Source: an uncultured Deinococcales bacterium | Lineage (GTDB): Bacteria > Deinococcota > Deinococci > Deinococcales > JAAFIG01 | Assembly: GCA_964244895.1 (NCBI GenBank) | Contig: CAXTKV010000071.1 | Span: forward strand, 1-17,566 | Direction of reading: 5' to 3' | DNA length: 17,566 bases | Part shown: one piece after another, positions 1 through 8,911 of the stretch | Layout: each line of letters starts with the position of its first letter | Position numbering within the stretch: position 1 is the stretch's first letter | The notes under the pieces: model-generated | Told to the model about the DNA's origin: nothing | Seen by the model: only the letters and a program-made list of their open reading frames with translations | The model's database searches: none | Program-made: the position numbers and the translations under genes

Positions 1-233
1 GGGGGGTCGTGGCCCGCGCGGGCCGCGCGGATGCCCGCGATGGTTCCGCCCGCGCGTTCGACGGTGTCCAGCACGAGTTCCCGCCCGTCCGGCGCGATCG
101 AGCCCGCGATTTCGATGGTGACGCTTCCGGCCAGCAACCCGGCGCGCGTCTCGAGCATTTTCTGGCTGCCGTGAAGGTCGTCCACGGTTTCGAGGAGCAG
201 GTTCAGTCCACCGCTCGTGCCTCTGAGCTTCAT
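1..233 (-). CDS. minC: Septum site-determining protein MinC, N-terminal part (runs off window start)
   Basis: Not in the ORF track. My translation from ATG at 233 is MKLRGTSGGLNLLLETVDDLHGSQKMLETRAGLLAGSVTIEIAG..., open to base 1. It resembles the Deinococcus MinC start (MKLRGT.GGLNLL) and lies directly downstream of mrdA. Confidence 0.8.
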   Translation of the reverse strand, partial: MKLRGTSGGLNLLLETVDDLHGSQKMLETRAGLLAGSVTIEIAGSIAPDGRELVLDTVERAGGTIAGIRAARAGHDP

Positions 234-260
234 CGGGTTCCTCTCGCCCAAAACGCGAAA

Positions 261-304
261 ACACCGTCCAGCACGCGAGTTCTCGAGGCCGCGCTGGACG
301 GTGT
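261..304. repeat. REP-like palindrome, copy 1 (mrdA-minC spacer)
   Basis: ACACCGTCCAGC...GCTGGACGGTGT, CTCGAG in the loop, abutting the mrdA stop. Confidence 0.85.
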
Positions 305-2130
305 CACCACTGGCGCGCGCCTTTCCACTCGTCCCATTTGACGTTGCCCTTGTCGTCCAAGGGCACGTTCCAGTGGGCCGCCATGACGCGCCGCACGGCG
401 GGCAGGGCCACGCCGGAACCCTCGACGCCGTTCTCGAAGAAGGCGACCACCAGCAAATCCGGGTTGCTGACTGGGCCGTACCCCATGTACCAGGCGTGAT
501 CGTGGTGCGCGCCCTGCGGGGTCTGGGCGGTGCCGGTCTTGCCCGCCGTGGGGATCGGAAAGAACTTCGGCCCGAGCGTCCAGTAGGCCGTGCCGGTTTG
601 ACCGCTGGCGGTCGTGGTCGTCCAGCGCATGCCTTCCTTGAGCAGTTCCCACTGCGTGCCGTCCAGCTTGACGGTCGGTTTCATCGGTTGCGGTTGCCCG
701 TCGATCGCCTTGACCAGCGTCAGTTGCGGCCTGACGCCGTCGTTGACGATGGTGGCCAGCATCCGCGCGATCTGCAGCGGCGTGGTGCGCAGTTCCTGGC
801 CGATGGCGAAGTTGAGCGATTTGTAGGCGGGCCAGTCCCGACCCTCGGCCTTGAAGCTCGAGGGGCTGGGGACGGTATCGGATTGCTCGCCGACGAATTC
901 CACGCCGGTCGGTTCGCCGAACCCGAACTGTCTGGCGCGCTTGGCCAGCGCTTCCGCGAAGGCTTGCGGCCCGAAGGCCACGACGGATTGGAAATACCAG
1001 GTGTTGCACGAGTTGGCAATCGCGGCTCGGGCGTCCATCACGCCCATGTTGCGCACGCGGTTCCAGTTGCGCCAGGTGCGCCCGCCCCACGGCCAGCCGC
1101 TGTAGCACTGGAAGCTGCGGTTGCCGAAGCCGTTTTCCAATAGCGTGCTGGCGGTCACGAGCTTGAAGGTGCTGCCCGGCTCGAAGATCCGCACCGCGCG
1201 GTTCCAGAGCGGCAGGTATTTCGTGTCCTTCAGGGCTTCGACCATCTGCGGCGGCCTGGGGCGCTCCGTGAACCAGTTCGGGTTTACGGTCGGCCCGGTC
1301 GCGAGCGCCAGCACCTCGCCCGTTTTCGGGTTGATGGCGACGATCGCGCCCCTGGGTTTGGCCACGGTCGCCACGCCGTTTTTGATGTTCAAACGGTTGA
1401 TGTCCTCCAGTCCCTTCTGGATCGCGTTCTGCGCGGCGCGCTGCAATTTCAAATCGATCGTCAAGGTGACGTTCTTGCCGCGCTCGGCGGGTTGCTGGAC
1501 GCGTTCCGAGATCACGCGACCGCCAGAATTGACCTCTATGAGCTTTGAACCGTTCTTGCCGCGCAGGATGTTCTCGAGCCCCGCTTCCAGACCCTTGAAA
1601 CCCTTGGCGTCGTCCACCTCGTAACCGGCCTCGCGGTCTTCCTTGGAATCTCCGGCCAGCCCCGTGTAACCCAACAAATTGCCGTCCACCCCGGCGGGGT
1701 AACTGCGTTCCGTGCGCGTCCGAAGCTCGAACGCTTCCTGTCCCGCGATCCACTCCGAGAGCGGCAGCACCCGGTCAGCCGGAATGTTCTTGGCGATGAT
1801 CGTTTCCTCACCGCGCCCCAGTTGCGGCAGTGCGCCCGCGAAGCCCGCCAGCCGCTCGATCCGATCCAGGAAACGCACGCTGCCGCCCTTGTAGACCAGG
1901 TCGACCGCGTCGTGATTCTCGATCAGGACGGTTTTGCCGTCGCGGGCGTAAACCGTGCCCCGCAGCGCCCGCAGCGTGCCCTGCCCCAGGTAATTGTCCT
2001 TGGACATGGTGGCGTAACTTTCGTGCTGCACGATCTGAAGCGTGTACAGACGCACCAGGTACGCGACCAGCACCAGGCTGATCGCGACCGCGATGGCGCG
2101 CAGGGTGTTGACGGGACGTTCCGAGTTCAT
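304..2130 (-). CDS. mrdA: Penicillin-binding protein 2 (class B transpeptidase)
   Basis: N-terminal TM anchor and RG.(I/V)Y.RDG dimerisation-domain start. Catalytic motifs SxxK (PGSTFK), SxN (SCN) and KTG (GKTGTAQ) are present. Follows mreCD. Start set at ATG 2130 (MNSERP), 7 nt after TAGGAT. Confidence 0.93.
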   Translation of the reverse strand: MNSERPVNTLRAIAVAISLVLVAYLVRLYTLQIVQHESYATMSKDNYLGQGTLRALRGTVYARDGKTVLIENHDAVDLVYKGGSVRFLDRIERLAGFAGALPQLGRGEETIIAKNIPADRVLPLSEWIAGQEAFELRTRTERSYPAGVDGNLLGYTGLAGDSKEDREAGYEVDDAKGFKGLEAGLENILRGKNGSKLIEVNSGGRVISERVQQPAERGKNVTLTIDLKLQRAAQNAIQKGLEDINRLNIKNGVATVAKPRGAIVAINPKTGEVLALATGPTVNPNWFTERPRPPQMVEALKDTKYLPLWNRAVRIFEPGSTFKLVTASTLLENGFGNRSFQCYSGWPWGGRTWRNWNRVRNMGVMDARAAIANSCNTWYFQSVVAFGPQAFAEALAKRARQFGFGEPTGVEFVGEQSDTVPSPSSFKAEGRDWPAYKSLNFAIGQELRTTPLQIARMLATIVNDGVRPQLTLVKAIDGQPQPMKPTVKLDGTQWELLKEGMRWTTTTASGQTGTAYWTLGPKFFPIPTAGKTGTAQTPQGAHHDHAWYMGYGPVSNPDLLVVAFFENGVEGSGVALPAVRRVMAAHWNVPLDDKGNVKWDEWKGARQW

Positions 2131-2351
2131 CGCAGGTATCCTACACAACCCGGTGAGCGCCCCGCGAGACGCAGGTCGCAGTCGATTCGATCATTCTCGA
2201 GATTGGCGTTCTCGAGAATTGCCCTGCCGCGAAAGCCAACCCCGGCGGCGTGTTCTGCGAGGGTGAACGCGCGGTCGACCGTGTTCACGAGGGTTGCCGC
2301 GTGAAATCGGGGCGAAAATCTGCGATCCTCGCCCGTTCGAGACTGATCACG

Positions 2352-2406
2352 ACACCGTCCAGCGCGCATTTTCTCGAGATTCAAATTTCGTGCGCTGGAC
2401 GGTCTT
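2352..2406. repeat. REP-like palindrome, copy 2 (after mreD stop)
   Basis: ACCGTCCAGCGCGC...GTGCGCTGGACGGT, CTCGAG in the loop. Confidence 0.85.
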
Positions 2407-2407
2407 C

Positions 2408-2920
2408 TCAGAGCAAACGCTCGTCGCTGGACGGAACCGGCCCGAGCGCCCAATCCGCCAGCCAGTAGACCAACGGCGCGACCAGAAGCGTGAAGGCCAC
2501 GTCCGGCACGATCGTGAATAACCACGTCTGCGACGACAAAAACGGCTGGCGCGTCCAGTAGCCCATGACGATGAACACCAGCCACTTGGCGAGTTCCGCC
2601 ACGAACACGGCGACCGCGTGGTTCAGGCTGCTCTCGCCGGAAAGAACGCGGCGCACGCCGAACGCGGCGTACACGCCCGCCGCGATGCCGGACGCATGCA
2701 ATCCGATCAAACCCGCGCCGAGGACATCGCGCAGCAAGCCCACGCCGAAACCCAGCCCCAGCCCGGCCACGGGCGATAAGCGCGCCGAGGCGGTCAGCGC
2801 CGCCAGCAAGAACAAATCCGGTGGCGCAAAATTCGATGGCAAAAGCACGCCCAGCGCGCTCTGCAGGCCGAAGATCACCAGCACGAACACGACGGCCCTC
2901 AAGGCTCGAACCTCGGGCAA
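2408..2920 (-). CDS. mreD: Rod shape-determining protein MreD
   Basis: 170-aa hydrophobic protein with PDLFLL and GLLRDVL..GLIGLHA motifs, located between mreC and mrdA. Start codon uncertain. Confidence 0.88.
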   Translation of the reverse strand: MPEVRALRAVVFVLVIFGLQSALGVLLPSNFAPPDLFLLAALTASARLSPVAGLGLGFGVGLLRDVLGAGLIGLHASGIAAGVYAAFGVRRVLSGESSLNHAVAVFVAELAKWLVFIVMGYWTRQPFLSSQTWLFTIVPDVAFTLLVAPLVYWLADWALGPVPSSDERLL

Positions 2921-2931
2921 GAATTGGCAGC

Positions 2932-2950
2932 AGACCGTTCGGGACGGTCT
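2932..2950. repeat. Degenerate minimal copy of the palindrome (mreC-mreD spacer)
   Basis: AGACCGT-TCGGG-ACGGTCT; only the outer arms remain. Confidence 0.45.
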
Positions 2951-3044
2951 TTCTCGATCTCGAGCAAACCGCCAACGTGACGCACGCTCGAGATCGCTGC
3001 CGAGAGCGCGTCTCGGGCGGATTGAGGATCACAAATCCATCCGC

Positions 3045-3842
3045 TCATGGCGATCCCAGCACCACGACTTCCTCTAAGGTCGAAAGATCGACGCTCGGGG
3101 AAATCAGCACGCTCTGCCCGAGGCTGTCGCCCGACGGCGGCAAGACCTGATGCACGATGCCGACCCGAGCCGTCTGGAACGCCCCGCCGGGTGGGTTCAG
3201 GCTCATGACGGTATCGCCGGGTTTGATGGCCAGGGATTCGTCGAAACCCGAGGCGCGCAACAACCCGCCGCCGATGCCCTGCGCCACCGCCCGACCGCGC
3301 TTGCCCGCGATGGTCACGCTGATCGTGAAGCGCGGATCGACCAGCGTGCGCACCAGGGCCGTCTTGCCGGTCACGTCCGACACGTCGGAAACCTCTCCGA
3401 CCAGACCTTCCAGGGTCGTGACGGGCATCTTCAGGGTCAACCCGTCCCTCGCGCCCTTGCCGATCAGCACGCTCGAGGCGGTCACGCTGGAATCCACGCG
3501 AATCACCGGGGCGATGGCCTGAATGCGCGGCGATTGCGAACGCCTGATCTGCGCGGCCCGCTCGAGCCGTCCGACTTCGGCCCTCAGTACGGCATTTTCG
3601 GATTCCAGTTGCCCGATCCGCAAACGCTGGCTTTCGGTCTGCGCCGCCAGGTCGCGTTCCAGCACGACCGATTCGATCGCGTGCCTGACGTTCAACGCGA
3701 GGGTGTGAACCACCGTCGTCAGGGGCGAAATGGCGCTGGTGACGGCGTTCGGCGTGGACGGCGCGAACCGCGCCGTGACCAACGACAAGAGCATCATGAT
3801 TCCGAACAGCACGCCCATCCTCGAGCCGAGGTTCTGACTCAC
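3045..3842 (-). CDS. mreC: Rod shape-determining protein MreC
   Basis: N-terminal TM segment, coiled coil (LESENAVLRAEVGRLE), then IGKGARDGL..KMPV...EGLVG and GDTV motifs. Its GTG start overlaps the maf stop (GTGA). Confidence 0.92.
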   Translation of the reverse strand: MSQNLGSRMGVLFGIMMLLSLVTARFAPSTPNAVTSAISPLTTVVHTLALNVRHAIESVVLERDLAAQTESQRLRIGQLESENAVLRAEVGRLERAAQIRRSQSPRIQAIAPVIRVDSSVTASSVLIGKGARDGLTLKMPVTTLEGLVGEVSDVSDVTGKTALVRTLVDPRFTISVTIAGKRGRAVAQGIGGGLLRASGFDESLAIKPGDTVMSLNPPGGAFQTARVGIVHQVLPPSGDSLGQSVLISPSVDLSTLEEVVVLGSP

Positions 3843-4444
3843 GAACCCTCCGCCCGCCAGTCCAGCAGTTCCAGACCCAGCTCTCGGGCCAGCAGGAGCA
3901 TCCTGGTGATCGGCAGGCCGACCACGTTGAAGTAATCGCCCTCGATGCCTTCGATCAGCGCCATGCCGCGCTCCTGAATCCCGTAACCGCCGGCCTTGTC
4001 CAGCCCCTCGCCGGAGTTGGCGTAACCCGCGATCTCGAACGGTTCGAGCGAACGGAATTTGACGCGCGTGCGCTCCGCCCCCACGATTTCGCGTTCGCCC
4101 TGCACGAAGGCCACGCCCGTGAAGACCTCGTGCCAGTTGCCGGAGAGCCGCGCGATGAATTCGGCGTTCTCGGGGACGCTGGCTGGCTTGTTGAGGATTT
4201 CCCCGGCCAGCGAGACAGTCGTGTCCGCTGCCAGGATCAGGCTTCCCGGCTCGAGCTTCGCCACCGCGCGGGCCTTCTCGAGCGCGAGCTGGCGCACCAA
4301 CCGTTCCGGGTCGGTTTCTTCGCTCGATTCGTCGATGTCGGCGGCTAGCACGCGGAATTTGACGCCGAGCTTGCCCAGCAGTTCTCGCCGCCGAGGACTG
4401 CCGGAAGCGAGAACGATTTCGGTGCCAACGACGGTTCGGGTCAC
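3839..4444 (-). CDS. maf: Maf family nucleoside triphosphate pyrophosphatase
   Basis: IVLASGSPRRRELL, AADT, KP, DKAGGYGIQ and GDYFNVVGLP motifs. Start placed at GTG 4444; the ORF-track extension to 4534 looks spurious. Confidence 0.93.
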   Translation of the reverse strand: MTRTVVGTEIVLASGSPRRRELLGKLGVKFRVLAADIDESSEETDPERLVRQLALEKARAVAKLEPGSLILAADTTVSLAGEILNKPASVPENAEFIARLSGNWHEVFTGVAFVQGEREIVGAERTRVKFRSLEPFEIAGYANSGEGLDKAGGYGIQERGMALIEGIEGDYFNVVGLPITRMLLLARELGLELLDWRAEGS

Positions 4445-4626
4445 ACCAGCGATCCCGATTGAAATGGTTGAAGGTTTTCGCGCATCGGCGCGCAGTCTAC
4501 CGCGAAGACGTGAGGCACGGATTGCGAAGCTCAAAGCGGTCGCTGGGGCTCGGCCTCATGGGCTGCGCTCGAGGAAATCGGTTGCATCGCGCACTTCTGA
4601 GCCCGAGGCCGTGCAAAGATACGCCC

Positions 4627-5229
4627 GTGAACCCGCCACCCGCACGCCCTTCTCGTCTGGTCGTCGGTATGACCGGCGCGAGCGGCATTCCCTACGCCGT
4701 GGATCTTCTACAAACCCTGCGCGATTTGCCCGTGGAAACCCACCTGGTGATTTCCGACGGTGCGACCCGCGTGCTGGCCTCCGAGATGGGCCTCTCCAGA
4801 AAAGACGTGGAATCCCTGGCGGACGCCGTTTACGACGACCGCGATGTCGGTGCCGCCATCGCCTCAGGATCGTTTTTGACGCTCGGCATGGTCGTGATCC
4901 CGTGCTCCAGCAGCACGCTTTCCAAGATCGCCTACGGCATCGGGGACACGCTGATCGCGCGCGCCGCCCACGTTCACCTCAAGGAACGCCGCCCGCTGGT
5001 GCTGGTGCCGAGAGAGACGCCGTTCTCGAGGCCCATGCTGGAAGCCATGCTCAAAGCCTTCGACGCCGGAGCCCGCATCCTGCCCGCCGCGCCCGGTTTC
5101 TACCACCGCCCGACCGAAATTTCCGAACTGCTCGGCTTCATCACGGCCCGCGTGCTGGATCAGTTCGGCATTCCGAACGCGCGCGCCAGGCGTTGGAAGG
5201 ACGCGCCCGCGCTCGAGGACGCGGAGTGA
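4627..5229 (+). CDS. ubiX: Flavin prenyltransferase UbiX/Pad1
   Basis: VVGMTGASG, IASGSF...GMVVIPCS, RAAHVHLKERRPLVLVPRETP and PGFYHRP motifs. GTG start at 4627 is inferred. Confidence 0.93.
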   Translation: MNPPPARPSRLVVGMTGASGIPYAVDLLQTLRDLPVETHLVISDGATRVLASEMGLSRKDVESLADAVYDDRDVGAAIASGSFLTLGMVVIPCSSSTLSKIAYGIGDTLIARAAHVHLKERRPLVLVPRETPFSRPMLEAMLKAFDAGARILPAAPGFYHRPTEISELLGFITARVLDQFGIPNARARRWKDAPALEDAE

Positions 5230-5282
5230 GAGGGGGTCGCGCGTCGCGGGTCACGAGAAAAAGCTCGGGGCGTGCGTCTTGT

Positions 5283-5341
5283 GAAGACCGTCTGGGACGC
5301 ATGTTCTTGGGATTGAAAGAACACTGTGCAGGACGGTGTTC
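5283..5341 (-). repeat. REP-like palindrome, subtype B (before ispD)
   Basis: Reverse complement reads GAACACCGTCCTGCACAGTGTTCTTTCAATCCCAAGAACATGCGTCCCAGACGGTCTTC and aligns end to end with 6861-6917. Confidence 0.8.
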
Positions 5342-5355
5342 CCTTTGAGGAACGC

Positions 5356-6033
5356 GTGAAATCTCGGGTCGCGGCGCTGATCCCGGCGGCGGGATCGGGC
5401 GAACGCTTGGGCATGGGGCCGAAAGCGCTGCTGAATCTGAACGGCAAAAGCCTGCTCGAGCGCGCGATCGCGGCCTTCGCGGGCATCGCAGAAGAGATCA
5501 TCGTGGCGCTGCCCGAATCACATATTGGGATGAATCTGCCGGACGGCGTGCAGCGCGTTCCGGGCGGCGCGAGCCGTCAGCAGAGCGTGCAGAATTTATT
5601 GAACGCGGCCAGTTCTGAAATCGTGTTGATTCACGACGCGGCGCGTCCGTTCCTGCCGCCGGAGATCATCCGGGCGACCCTCGAGGCCGTTCTCGAAATC
5701 GGCGCGGCGACGGTCGCCCTGCCCGCCGCAGACACGCTGGTGCTCGAGGCGGAGGGTTCTGGCGAGCGGAAAACGTGGGGAACGCTATTGGATCGAACCA
5801 GGGTTCACGCCATTCAGACGCCGCAAGGGTTCAGGCGCGAACTGATTCTGGATGCGCACCGACGCGCCAAGCTCGAGAACATCGCCGCGACCGACGATGC
5901 CGGACTGGTCGCGCGGCTCGGGCTTCCGGTGGCGCTGGTGACGGGCGATCCGCGATTGTTCAAGGTCACGCGCCCCGGCGATCACGCCCTGGCGGAAGCC
6001 TTCGCACGCGTCTGGGACGGTGAGAAACCGTGA
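5356..6033 (+). CDS. ispD: 2-C-methyl-D-erythritol 4-phosphate cytidylyltransferase
   Basis: IPAAGSGERLG..PK, GGASRQQSV, IHDAARP, QTPQGF, TDDA and KVTRPGD motifs. GAGG precedes GTG 5356. Confidence 0.95.
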   Translation: MKSRVAALIPAAGSGERLGMGPKALLNLNGKSLLERAIAAFAGIAEEIIVALPESHIGMNLPDGVQRVPGGASRQQSVQNLLNAASSEIVLIHDAARPFLPPEIIRATLEAVLEIGAATVALPAADTLVLEAEGSGERKTWGTLLDRTRVHAIQTPQGFRRELILDAHRRAKLENIAATDDAGLVARLGLPVALVTGDPRLFKVTRPGDHALAEAFARVWDGEKP

Positions 6034-6857
6034 AGCTGGAACTGTTCGCACCCGCCAAGATCAACCTCGGGCTGGCCGTCACGGGCAAGCTGGAAAACGG
6101 GTATCACACGCTGGACACGCTGTTCACCACCCTAGATATCGGCGACACGATCGCGCTCGAGACGACAGATGCTGGAATCTCGCTCGAGGTCGCAGGATCT
6201 GACTTGCCCGCCAACGCTGAAAACCTCGTTTACCGCGCCGCAGAACGCTATTTCGAGGAATCGGGCACGTTGGGTGGCGTCAGAATTCACCTGCACAAAC
6301 GCTTACCCATCGCGGCGGGCCTGGGTGGCGGCTCGAGCGACGCGGCCAGCACGCTGCTCGGCCTGGCGCGGCTGTACCCATTGGACGTGAACCTGCCGGC
6401 CCTGGCGAAAACGCTCGGGGCGGACGTGCCGTTTTTTCTGGAAGGCGGCGCACGCCACGCGCGGGGCATCGGTGAAATCCTCGAGCCCGTCGCGCTCCCG
6501 ACCGTCCATCTGGTTCTGGCGAACCCCGGCGTCGGCATCACCGCACGCGAGGCGTACATCGGCTTGCGCGGTCGCTTCGGCCCGCCGCTCGACCTGGGCG
6601 CGATTCTCGCGGCACTTCGCAGGAAAGACGCGCCACCCTACCGCAACGACCTCGAGCCACCCGTGCTGGAACACCACCCAATCATCTTCGAGGTCAAGCT
6701 CGCCCTGACGGACGCCGGATTGCGCGCCGCGCTGATGTCCGGTTCCGGCTCCACCTGCTTCGCCCTCGCGCACGACGCGACCCACGCTCGAGACGCCGCC
6801 CAAAGGTTGCAACTCGCGCACCCCGACTGGTGGATTCGCGCCGCGCGAACCGCGTAA
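6030..6857 (+). CDS. ispE: 4-diphosphocytidyl-2-C-methyl-D-erythritol kinase
   Basis: APAKINLGL, GHMP motif PIAAGLGGGSSDAA, LGADVPFF and MSGSGST. GTGA overlap with ispD. Confidence 0.95.
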   Translation: MKLELFAPAKINLGLAVTGKLENGYHTLDTLFTTLDIGDTIALETTDAGISLEVAGSDLPANAENLVYRAAERYFEESGTLGGVRIHLHKRLPIAAGLGGGSSDAASTLLGLARLYPLDVNLPALAKTLGADVPFFLEGGARHARGIGEILEPVALPTVHLVLANPGVGITAREAYIGLRGRFGPPLDLGAILAALRRKDAPPYRNDLEPPVLEHHPIIFEVKLALTDAGLRAALMSGSGSTCFALAHDATHARDAAQRLQLAHPDWWIRAARTA

Positions 6858-6860
6858 GAA

Positions 6861-6917
6861 AACACCGTCCTGCACGGTGTTCTTTTGATCTCGAGAAATC
6901 GCGTCTGGGACGGTGTT
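6861..6917 (+). repeat. REP-like palindrome, subtype B (after ispE)
   Basis: AACACCGTCCTGCACGGTGTTCTTTTGATCTCGAGAAATCGCGTCTGGGACGGTGTT. Confidence 0.82.
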
Positions 6918-6939
6918 CTCGTGGGTTAAACTTTGGAGA

Positions 6940-7896
6940 ATGACCCTTCCAGTCACGCTTCAGGATGTTCGAGACGCAGCGCAGCGCATCGCGCCAGAGG
7001 CGATCAGGACGCCGCTGATTCGCATTCCTATCGAGGGCGAGTTCTACGCCAAACCTGAGAACCTGCAACGCACGGGTTCGTTCAAATTCCGGGGCGCGTA
7101 CAACGCGCTCGCGCAACTCGGGGCAGAGGCTCGAGAACGCGGCGTGGTCGCGGACTCGAGCGGCAACCACGCGCAGGGGGTCGCCGCCGCCGCGAAGATG
7201 CTGGGCATTCCCGCGACCATCGTGATCCCGGAGAACGCGCCGCCGATCAAGGTCGAGCGCACCCGAGCCTGGGGCGCTGAAATCGTGCGCTGCCCGAACG
7301 CGTCCGACGAACGAATGCGCGTGGCATTAGAGATTCGGGATTCGCGGAACCTGGCCTACATCCCGCCCTTCGACGATGCGCGGATCATCGCGGGTCAGGG
7401 CACGACCGGACTCGAGATCGCAGAGGACATGCCGGACGTTCAGAACGTGCTGGTCTGCGTCGGCGGTGGCGGATTGATTTCCGGCATCGCGGTTGCAGTG
7501 AAAGCCCTCTGCCCGAATGCCAGGGTGATCGGTGTGGAACCCGAACTCGCCGCCGACGCGCAGGAATCGTTCCGCACGCACCGGCGCGTCTCCTGGGACG
7601 CTGCTCGAGTCACCCGCACCGTCTGCGACGGCGTTCGCACGCAAGGTATCGGAGAACTCAACTTTGAAGTCATCACGAACCTGGTGGACGACATTGTGAC
7701 CGTCACCGAGGACGCCGTGCTCGAGGCGATGCGCTTCTACGCGCTCGAGGTCAAGCTGGCCGTGGAACCCACAGGTGCGTTGACGTTGGCTGCCGTGCGA
7801 AGCGGCGCGGTGAAATTGACGGGGAAAAGCGTGCTGATCGTGTCCGGCGGGAATTTCGACCCAAAGTTTATGGCGAAGGTACTCGAAACTAACTGA
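6940..7896 (+). CDS. PLP-dependent threonine/serine dehydratase (serine racemase-like, no C-terminal ACT domain)
   Basis: KPENLQRTGSFKFRGA, SSGNHAQG, GQGTTGLEI, VGGGGLISG, VEPTGA and SGGN motifs. 318 aa from ATG 6940. Confidence 0.88.
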   Translation: MTLPVTLQDVRDAAQRIAPEAIRTPLIRIPIEGEFYAKPENLQRTGSFKFRGAYNALAQLGAEARERGVVADSSGNHAQGVAAAAKMLGIPATIVIPENAPPIKVERTRAWGAEIVRCPNASDERMRVALEIRDSRNLAYIPPFDDARIIAGQGTTGLEIAEDMPDVQNVLVCVGGGGLISGIAVAVKALCPNARVIGVEPELAADAQESFRTHRRVSWDAARVTRTVCDGVRTQGIGELNFEVITNLVDDIVTVTEDAVLEAMRFYALEVKLAVEPTGALTLAAVRSGAVKLTGKSVLIVSGGNFDPKFMAKVLETN

Positions 7897-8731
7897 GCCA
7901 ATCTGGACACTTAGCCAATAATAATGTTAAACCGCTGCCGCCTAAGTTACGACCATCGGGGCTTAAGTAGCACCCGCCTCCATCAAATTTTGAATATACA
8001 TTTCCACCTACGACTACCATACGAAGTAAACGTTGATTACCGTTATAAACAAGTTCTGATCCATCCCCACCTCCTAGGGATTTCTCCGTTTTACTAAAGT
8101 AAATACCTTTTCCATCAAATCGAGTCAATATCCCTCCCCTAAAAGGAACCATAAATAAAACTTTCTGCCCACCATTGTAAACTAAATTACTGCCTAATCC
8201 TTTCCCATTTGGCGAGTAGTAAATTCCGCCTCCATCGAACGCTTGAATAACACCGCATTGATAGGGTACTAATGCCAGGATGCGCTGACTTGTCAGGCTA
8301 GTGCCATCATACACAAGTTCCGTATTACCGCCTCCGCCTAAATTTAATCCGTTTGGGCTAAGGTAAACTGATTTGTTACTCCACACTGCTAAATACCCAC
8401 TGCAGATTTGAGTGACTCTTACGATAGTCAAACTTACCGCTGGGGGAACGGGTGGTTGAGATTTCTCGGAGCATTTGCTACCTACGCCGATACTGTATAA
8501 CAATTTGCGAATATCATTATTACATCCATAAAACTGATCTGTTCCAAGTTTAGTTAGTTCATTAACAGTCAAATCTGCTAATACACATCCGGCGAACGAA
8601 GCGGCGTCATCACTTTTTGCGCCACAACTGACAATCACTTTTGCTTCTTCATCCCCCGCTTTAGCAAATGATGAAAATGCAGTAATGCAAACAAGCGCTG
8701 CCAAAGAAGCCTTTAACGTGCGTGATTTCAT
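7889..8731 (-). CDS. Secreted hypothetical protein with Cys-containing N-domain and four ~45-aa Y.SPxG.nLGG...LVYxG repeats; AT-rich
   Basis: 280-aa ORF with GGAGG RBS at 8737-8741 and signal peptide MKSRTLKASLAALVCITAFSSFAKA. Internal repeats are visible, and GC is far below the flanks. Confidence 0.8.
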   Translation of the reverse strand: MKSRTLKASLAALVCITAFSSFAKAGDEEAKVIVSCGAKSDDAASFAGCVLADLTVNELTKLGTDQFYGCNNDIRKLLYSIGVGSKCSEKSQPPVPPAVSLTIVRVTQICSGYLAVWSNKSVYLSPNGLNLGGGGNTELVYDGTSLTSQRILALVPYQCGVIQAFDGGGIYYSPNGKGLGSNLVYNGGQKVLFMVPFRGGILTRFDGKGIYFSKTEKSLGGGDGSELVYNGNQRLLRMVVVGGNVYSKFDGGGCYLSPDGRNLGGSGLTLLLAKCPDWLS

Positions 8732-8911
8732 GCCAACCTCCGTATTCCAAACTAGGGTTTGAAGACTGGTGATGACACCTGTAGGTCTTTACCTAATACA
8801 ACTTACTTAGAGGAAAATAACACACTATAAACCTGATGAATCAAAATCGCGTTTATTTGCGTTCTGATCGAGGTTTTTATCCCCCACATGCATCAAGGCC
8901 GAAGATTTTAC

